A stretch of DNA of 64,000 nt from Candidatus Kaiserbacteria bacterium (GTDB lineage: Bacteria; Patescibacteriota; Minisyncoccia; Phycocordibacterales; Phycocordibacteraceae), in contig JAPLWI010000013.1 of NCBI GenBank assembly GCA_026396675.1, positions 1,218 to 65,217 on the forward strand, written 5' to 3'. Shown here piece by piece: positions 58,528 to 64,000 of this stretch. Both the position numbers and the translations under genes were made by a program. How positions within the stretch are numbered: the stretch's first letter is position 1; every line of letters begins with the position of its first letter. The notes beneath the pieces were generated by a model. The model searched no databases. It worked only from the letters and a program-made list of their open reading frames with translations, and was not told where the DNA came from.

Positions 58528-59277
58528 TCAGGATACGGTGCGAATTATTTCCGTAAGATAATCAACTTCTTTGAAAAATCGTTCTGTGCGCGTGTCGCGC
58601 GGGCGCGTGAGATTTATTGAAATCGTTTCTCGAACACTACCGGGGCGCGTACCCATCACGATGATCTGGTCCGACAGTTCAATCGCATCAGGAATGAGAT
58701 GGTTCACCATGAAAATCGTCATGCCGTATGAACGCCAGATTTTTAGCAGATCAGCTTTCAGTGATTCAACGGTAATAGTATCCAGATTAGAAAACGGTTC
58801 GTCCATGATCAAAAAATCAGGAGAAATCGCGAGCGCGCGCGCGAGACCAACGCGCTGGCGCTGGCCGCCAGATAGCGCAGAAGGATAATGATTTTCAAAA
58901 TGTTCAAGACCAACTTCCTTTAATTTCTCGCGTGCGATACGTTTACGTTCTCTTCGCGACATTCCCGCCATTCGTAGACCAAACGCTACATTATCAATCG
59001 CAGAGAGCCAAGGGAAAAGCGCATAATTTTGAAATACCATCGCCGGCCGAGAAAAATTGCGTACGATGGTGCCGCTCGTATGGTTCATCAAACCGAGAAT
59101 AACGCGCATCAAAGTTGATTTGCCGGCGCCAGACGGTCCGATAATCGAGACGAATCCGCCGGTGGGGATAGAGAGCGAAACATCCTTTAAAACCAGTGTA
59201 TTTTTTGTTTCTTCGTCCTTAAATTGCGCGGAGACGCGCGCGAGGACGAGTGCCATGTCGTGTTTATTATTCTGCAT
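58528..59277 (-). CDS. ABC transporter ATP-binding protein (NitT/TauT-like)
   Basis: GPSGAGKST, LSGGQRQRVGLARAL, IMDEPFSNLD. Confidence 0.85.
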   Translation of the reverse strand: MQNNKHDMALVLARVSAQFKDEETKNTLVLKDVSLSIPTGGFVSIIGPSGAGKSTLMRVILGLMNHTSGTIVRNFSRPAMVFQNYALFPWLSAIDNVAFGLRMAGMSRRERKRIAREKLKEVGLEHFENHYPSALSGGQRQRVGLARALAISPDFLIMDEPFSNLDTITVESLKADLLKIWRSYGMTIFMVNHLIPDAIELSDQIIVMGTRPGSVRETISINLTRPRDTRTERFFKEVDYLTEIIRTVS

Positions 59278-59590
59278 ACCGAGTAGGACAACTTTGGATT
59301 GCGCCTCCTGCTACATGATCTCGCAAACGCTTAGCGAGAAAGCGGCGGCCTCCGGTCGTTTTGAGATAACCTTCGCGACGTTTCGTATCACTGTACGAAC
59401 GACCAGCTTCATAATAAATGAGTACAAATGGCCGCCGCGGAGCAGTTGAAAAACTTTTACCAGCTTGATGTTCTTGGAATCGTCGGCGCAGATCATTGGT
59501 CATACCAACATAGCGTTTCCCATCAGTCATACTTTGCAGTATATAGACATAATAAAATTTATTCTTATCCAAAGTTGTACTACTCGGCAT
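59267..59590 (-). CDS. GIY-YIG nuclease-domain protein (YhbQ/UPF0213-like)
   Basis: FYYVYILQS...KRYVGMTNDLRRRFQEHQ. Confidence 0.7.
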   Translation of the reverse strand: MPSSTTLDKNKFYYVYILQSMTDGKRYVGMTNDLRRRFQEHQAGKSFSTAPRRPFVLIYYEAGRSYSDTKRREGYLKTTGGRRFLAKRLRDHVAGGAIQSCPTRYAE

Positions 59591-60329
59591 AGCGTTTACT
59601 GCTTTCAGCGAGAAGCGGCGTCCAGATCATCCTATTTATCACGAAGACAATGATAAGGATGACAAACATGCCAGCAATCGCGGCTTGATTAATCCCAGAT
59701 GCGCTCGCGGTCTTTATGAACGCGCCAAAACCGGAAATGTTCGCGATGATTTCAGCGCCAATGACCGACTCCCAACCAATGGCGATTCCGACGATTGAGC
59801 CGGTAAGGATCGCAGGTAAGGAAAGCGGTGCGAGATAGAAGGGAATACGTCGAAGTCCACGCGCGCCGAAAATTGTTGCCGCATCGCCTAAGTCCTTGTG
59901 TGCATTTTTAATCGCGGCCAATATAGCGAAAAGAATTGGCCAGATGATGGAACTCACTGCGAAGAAAATAATCATCTGGTCGGTGTAGCCGAGGAAATAG
60001 ATGAAAAAAGGAATAAGTGCAAACGACGGAATATTTTGTAAAACATCAAATACAGGGAAGAATGTGTCAGCGAACGGACTCCATCCTACTAATAACGCAA
60101 TAGACACGCCGAGAATAAGCGCGATGCCATACGCGAGTGCGAGACGATAGGTGGTATGGAAGACAGCGTTACAAAGAGTTGTCCACGAAACCGTTCCAAA
60201 GTAGCCGAGAGCCATGAGAATAATCGCAGCGCCAATAACGCCCGCCATAATCACCCACGCCCTTCGATGTCGCGCTTTATGTGCGCGTCGCCACGCGCCG
60301 GTCTGCTGATGTGCAACACTCCGAATCAT
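59580..60329 (-). CDS. ABC transporter permease (TauC/SsuC-like)
   Basis: Six-TM BPD-transporter inner-membrane component with an EAA-like loop. Confidence 0.75.
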   Translation of the reverse strand: MIRSVAHQQTGAWRRAHKARHRRAWVIMAGVIGAAIILMALGYFGTVSWTTLCNAVFHTTYRLALAYGIALILGVSIALLVGWSPFADTFFPVFDVLQNIPSFALIPFFIYFLGYTDQMIIFFAVSSIIWPILFAILAAIKNAHKDLGDAATIFGARGLRRIPFYLAPLSLPAILTGSIVGIAIGWESVIGAEIIANISGFGAFIKTASASGINQAAIAGMFVILIIVFVINRMIWTPLLAESSKRYAE

Positions 60330-60441
60330 GTATTAATCGCGAATCATACGTTCATCATAGCGCGTTCTTGACCGGTATATAAGTAGTATAATATCCCTTG
60401 GATAGGAAGCGGGTATTTATCAATTTAAAGATACATTATTT

Positions 60442-61119
60442 ATGCGTGTACTTCGAACTATAGGAGTGATAGGAAGCGCTACGGCTCTTCTTCTATCGGC
60501 AACCGTTGTGTTTGCCGAGGGACAGGTAACAAGTACTTCTCGCGTGGAAGCCACTAGTGATTATCGTGCAATAGCCGCGTCAACAACCGCGCGCATGCAA
60601 GTCGTGCGCATAGAAGCACAGGATCGGATGCAGACACAGCGCGAGAAAGTAACACAGCGCATGATGGACATTCAGGACAAAGCGAAACAGCAGATGGCAC
60701 AAAATCTTGCTGTGCAGTTCGACAATCTTAATTCAACATGGACTGATCATTTTATGAATCTTCTTGATCACTATGATTCTATTGTGCAGAAGATTCAGGA
60801 TAGAGCAACTATCTCTGGAAATGCAGGGAAGGATATTGCGAGTACCACGGTAGCCATTAAATCGGCGCATGATGTGATAGCAAGTGCCCGAACGGCGGTA
60901 ATCGCACAGGCGGAAAAGACGTACACGCTTGACCCATCGACTATTTCTAAGACGGCGACCACCACATCAAGCGGTCAAGAAAAAATTATGAAAGGTCTTC
61001 GGACTTCGTTCCAGAAACTCCACACCACGCTGTTCAAGGATCTCTTCGCTTTGCGCGACGGTGCAATGAAGGATGCGCGCAAGTCGGTTCAGAACGCACT
61101 TCAGACGCTAGACAAATAA
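60442..61119 (+). CDS. Secreted hypothetical protein
   Basis: Signal peptide, alpha-helical Q/K-rich composition. Confidence 0.45.
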   Translation: MRVLRTIGVIGSATALLLSATVVFAEGQVTSTSRVEATSDYRAIAASTTARMQVVRIEAQDRMQTQREKVTQRMMDIQDKAKQQMAQNLAVQFDNLNSTWTDHFMNLLDHYDSIVQKIQDRATISGNAGKDIASTTVAIKSAHDVIASARTAVIAQAEKTYTLDPSTISKTATTTSSGQEKIMKGLRTSFQKLHTTLFKDLFALRDGAMKDARKSVQNALQTLDK

Positions 61120-61130
61120 TTAAAACTACT

Positions 61131-61379
61131 ATGAACGACCAACAAATGGATCAGGGTTTATCAAGCAAAATGTGGTACATCATCGGCGCAGTCGTTGTAA
61201 TTGCGCTTGCATTCTGGTACTTTTCCGCATCTCCGGTGAAGGCACCGACTGCAAATACGCAGACACCGAGCGACAATACCACTGCGGCTATTTCAGCTGA
61301 TCTGAATCAAACTTCAGACGGTTCCGCTGAACTCGATCAGGCCGCGGCCGCTTCGGCCCAAGCAGTGCAGGGATTTTGA
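61131..61379 (+). CDS. Small membrane-anchored hypothetical protein
   Basis: One TM segment followed by a low-complexity tail. Terminator-like hairpin at 61430-61450. Confidence 0.4.
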   Translation: MNDQQMDQGLSSKMWYIIGAVVVIALAFWYFSASPVKAPTANTQTPSDNTTAAISADLNQTSDGSAELDQAAAASAQAVQGF

Positions 61380-61453
61380 GGAGTAACTACGTTGAATAAA
61401 GCAAGTTTTTAAAGTATCGTGCATGAAGTGCGCGACGCTTCGCGTCGCGCCAT

Positions 61454-61524
61454 TGCGGGATCATCTAATGGTAGGATGCGACTCTCTGAAAGTCGTTATT
61501 TTGGTTCGAATCCAAATCCCGCAG
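61454..61524 (+). tRNA. tRNA-Gln (anticodon CTG), begins with U1-A72 pair
   Basis: Acceptor TGCGGGA/TCCCGCA, D-arm ATCT-AATGGTA-GGAT, anticodon stem CGACT/AGTCG with loop CTCTGAA, T-loop TTCGAAT. Confidence 0.65.
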
Positions 61525-61637
61525 CTCGACGAACGAAGGTGAGGAAGACACTGAGGTCAGTAGACCGAAGTGAAGTATTTATTTGGCGACGAGGGATGCC
61601 TTAAGGCACTGAGAAGTCCTCGACGAGGGGCGGTATT

Positions 61638-61904
61638 ATGTATGGAATGCATTTCGTCTACATCCTCGAATGCGTCGATAAATCTCTTTATGTCGGATGT
61701 ACTAATAATCTCGAGAAACGCCTCAAACAACATAACGATTCAAAATGGGGTGCGCACTATACAAAAATCCGTAGGCCAGTAATTCTGAAATATTCAGAAA
61801 CATTTCCAACTCTTAAAGAAGCTCGTAAACGAGAATCCGAAATCAAAAGTTGGCGACGAGAAAAGAAATTAAGTTTGATACAATACAAGTTATGCAAAAA
61901 ATAG
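61638..61904 (+). CDS. GIY-YIG nuclease-domain protein (YhbQ/UPF0213-like)
   Basis: HFVYILEC...SLYVGCTNNLEKRLKQHN. Confidence 0.7.
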   Translation: MYGMHFVYILECVDKSLYVGCTNNLEKRLKQHNDSKWGAHYTKIRRPVILKYSETFPTLKEARKRESEIKSWRREKKLSLIQYKLCKK

Positions 61905-62164
61905 AAAAGAAGATTTGGCCGGAATATTTTCAGCAGGTTCTTGATAACAAGAAAATATTTGAGCTTCGTCTGAATGATTTTGAAATTGAAGAGGGCGACA
62001 CGCTTGTACTGAAAGAATGGGATCCAGAGACAAAGGAGTACACAGGTCGGGAAGTAGAGAAACAGGTTGGCTATGTCGGCAAATGGAAAATTGAAGAACT
62101 AGAAAAGTTCTGGCCAAAAGAAGATATAGACAGTAAGGGACTTCAGGTTATTTCAATAAAATAG
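61892..62164 (+). CDS. ASCH/DUF3850-like small protein
   Basis: KKIWPEYFQQVLDNKKIFELRLNDFEIEEGDTLVLKEW pattern. Start at the internal Met. Confidence 0.4.
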   Translation: MQKIEKKIWPEYFQQVLDNKKIFELRLNDFEIEEGDTLVLKEWDPETKEYTGREVEKQVGYVGKWKIEELEKFWPKEDIDSKGLQVISIK

Positions 62165-62220
62165 TTGGAAACAGCGTTACCCACACCCTCATTGATTCCT
62201 CACTTCCTATCCTGTATAGT

Positions 62221-62283
62221 ATGAGTGTGCCTGTGGGGCGTCAGCCCTATTCCGGCTAATCGTAAGCCGAAGGCAGGCATATC
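62221..62283 (-). ncRNA. Conserved structured element (predicted three-way junction), copy B; preceded on the minus strand by hairpin 62284-62316
   Basis: The reverse complement reads ATGCCTGCCTTCGGCTTACGATTAGCCGGAATAGGGCTGACGCCCCACAGGCACACTCAT, homologous to 9378-9443. Confidence 0.5.
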
Positions 62284-62316
62284 AAAATCACCGACCTCGC
62301 GTCGGTGTTTTTGATT

Positions 62317-62796
62317 TTAGTCCTCCTCGGGATTACCCTTCATTGTGCTGTAGAGCTTTATGTCGCGGTATTTGTTCGTCGTCCACGCTGGCACAATGCT
62401 CCAGAAATGGAGTTGGCCATTATCGCCGATTTTTCGCAGGATGACTTTTATCTTGCGTCCATCAATAATCGCTATGATGCCCCAGTACTTTACAGACCTG
62501 CTTCTCTGAACCTTTTTCTTATAGCTCTTCACTTCAAATTCTTTGAGCGTTTCTTCATATTCCTGATAAGTCGTTGAGAGTTCTACGAGCTTTACGGCTT
62601 TCGGCAATAACTTAAATCGCAGGATTTGTGATGGACGCTCGCGCTCGCTCCGTGAGCCCTTAAAGATGATGTGATTGAAGCCCTCGGCGGTAAAATAAAC
62701 ATACTCACCAAGCGCGGGAGATTGGATAGGACGTATACTCGCGTAGAACTTCTGCGCGTCCTCACAGAGTTTTTCGTAGTTAGATACATCTTCCAT
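62317..62796 (-). CDS. Uncharacterised ~160-aa protein, copy B of the duplicated module (paralog of 8840-9340)
   Basis: Aligns end-to-end with copy A. The ORF track extends it to a TTG at 62850; the conserved ATG (MEDVS...) is at 62796. Confidence 0.7.
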   Translation of the reverse strand: MEDVSNYEKLCEDAQKFYASIRPIQSPALGEYVYFTAEGFNHIIFKGSRSERERPSQILRFKLLPKAVKLVELSTTYQEYEETLKEFEVKSYKKKVQRSRSVKYWGIIAIIDGRKIKVILRKIGDNGQLHFWSIVPAWTTNKYRDIKLYSTMKGNPEED

Positions 62797-62941
62797 TGAG
62801 AATAGTTTACACCGTTGCAAGCAAATCTGGTATAAATATCTTATATGCAAACTGTGATTTACCAGTCAGAAGTACGGTTCTGACTTCATCCAAGTCCCGC
62901 AGCCGGCGCTTTTTACTTGGAATTATGCTATACATTTAACT

Positions 62942-63673
62942 ATGGAAAAAGAAACTGTAAAAAAGATTGTTAAAGATAAATATAAAGAGATAGCGACACA
63001 AGGTACCTCTTGTTGTTCATGCAATAAATCAAAAAATATTTCAAAAAGTATTGGGTATTCTGAAGAGGAATTGAAAATTGTGGGCGAGGCAAATTTAGGC
63101 CTTGGTTGCGGTAATCCGTTAGCATTTGGAAAAATAAAAGAAGGAGATGTAGTATTGGATTTAGGTTCTGGGGCTGGAATAGATTCCATTTTGGCTGCTC
63201 AAAAAGTTGGAAGCGAAGGAAAAGTCATAGGTGTAGATATGACTGAAGAAATGATAAACAAGGCAAGAGAGAACGCTAAAAAATACAATATAACAAACGT
63301 GGAGTTTCTTTTGGGAGAAATTGAAAACTTGCCGTTGAAAGATAATTCAGTTGATACAATAATTACGAATTGCGTTATCAATTTAACACCAGATAAAGCC
63401 AAAACATTTAGTGAAGCGTATAGAGTTCTAAAACCAGGTGGAAAAATTTATCTTTCAGACATTGTTTTATTAAAGGAACTTTCAGAAGAACAACGAAACA
63501 ATAAAGACCTATTGTCTGGATGTGTCGCAGGAGCTCTTCTGAAAGAAGATTATCTTAATAAGATAACTGATGCAGGATTTAAAGTGAGAATCTTACATGA
63601 GAATAAGGAAATTAGTAAAGAACAATATAACGGTATTGCGCTCGAAAGCTTAATGGTTGAATTGATAAAGTAA
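62942..63673 (+). CDS. Class I SAM-dependent methyltransferase (ArsM/UbiE-like) with N-terminal CCSC motif
   Basis: [11 protein letters not shown] motif [13 protein letters not shown]. Confidence 0.7.
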   Translation: MEKETVKKIVKDKYKEIATQGTSCCSCNKSKNISKSIGYSEEELKIVGEANLGLGCGNPLAFGKIKEGDVVLDLGSGAGIDSILAAQKVGSEGKVIGVDMTEEMINKARENAKKYNITNVEFLLGEIENLPLKDNSVDTIITNCVINLTPDKAKTFSEAYRVLKPGGKIYLSDIVLLKELSEEQRNNKDLLSGCVAGALLKEDYLNKITDAGFKVRILHENKEISKEQYNGIALESLMVELIK

Positions 63674-63795
63674 GGCAATTTTATTGAAAAAAGGTTCCCA
63701 CTTCGTACCAGACGACAAGATTGTTATAATATATTTATGTCAAAAACCTTATATTCATACACGAGGTTCGACCTCGTGCATTCACGTCTTCTAAC

Positions 63796-64000
63796 ATGAA
63801 GTTCATTCTTCATGGAGGGTACACGCGCAGAGATAACGAATCAAATTGTGCGTTCTATGATGAATTTGTGCGCGATATTTCCGATGGCGGAATGGCATTG
63901 CTTGTATACTTCGCAACCCGAGATGAGAGTCATATTCTCGAAAGTTTCGATGACTTGTCAGCAAAATTTAAGGCGCACGCAGGCGAGAAGAATATCAATT
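63796..64000 (+). CDS. Peptidase S51-like (dipeptidase E/cyanophycinase family), 3'-truncated by the window edge
   Basis: MKFILHGGY...GGMALLVYFATRDES N-terminal pattern. Confidence 0.45.
   Translation, partial: MKFILHGGYTRRDNESNCAFYDEFVRDISDGGMALLVYFATRDESHILESFDDLSAKFKAHAGEKNIN

Noticed and set aside
1-64000. CRISPR arrays, rRNA genes, group I/II introns
   Set aside because: All ORF-free stretches longer than 100 nt were read. None contains regularly spaced direct repeats or rRNA or intron signatures.

Overview
This 64-kb segment looks like a small, gene-dense bacterial chromosome region (Patescibacteria/CPR-like by inference). Coding density is high, many proteins are short, IF-2 is N-terminally truncated, there are several freestanding GIY-YIG/HNH genes, and one cluster of surface proteins has a pilin-like topology. 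Standard code 11 is implied because RF2 is present and TGA is used as a stop. The core genes, in order, are: a glycosyltransferase cluster (462-5609), trxB, ftsZ/ftsA, ybeY, rpsU, hisS, lepB, pth, rpsA, gyrA, a tandem array of six paralogous double-TM (pilin-like) proteins with an SBP-like and an SPFH protein, infB/rbfA, a ldh-eno-ppsA-glxK block, a radical-SAM/SPASM gene with an unannotated Cys-rich precursor peptide next to a SET-domain protein and a prolyl oligopeptidase, then prfB, ftsEX, pyrG and two ABC transporters. I called at least 13 tRNAs, three of which have non-canonical T-loops. The most unusual items are: (1) a duplicated ~640-bp module, present at 8.8 kb (+) and 62.3 kb (-), made of an uncharacterised ~160-aa protein gene, a hairpin and a conserved ~65-nt element predicted to fold as a three-way junction. 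Copy A lies between ftsA and ftsZ on the opposite strand. (2) A putative RiPP locus with a 50-aa CxxxxCxxxC precursor. (3) A candidate surface-filament/T4SS-like locus built from the pilin-like array. (4) An IS200-like Y1 transposase flanked by REP-like palindromes. (5) A repeat-dense non-coding island between tRNA-Arg and an HNH endonuclease. I found no rRNA and no CRISPR array.
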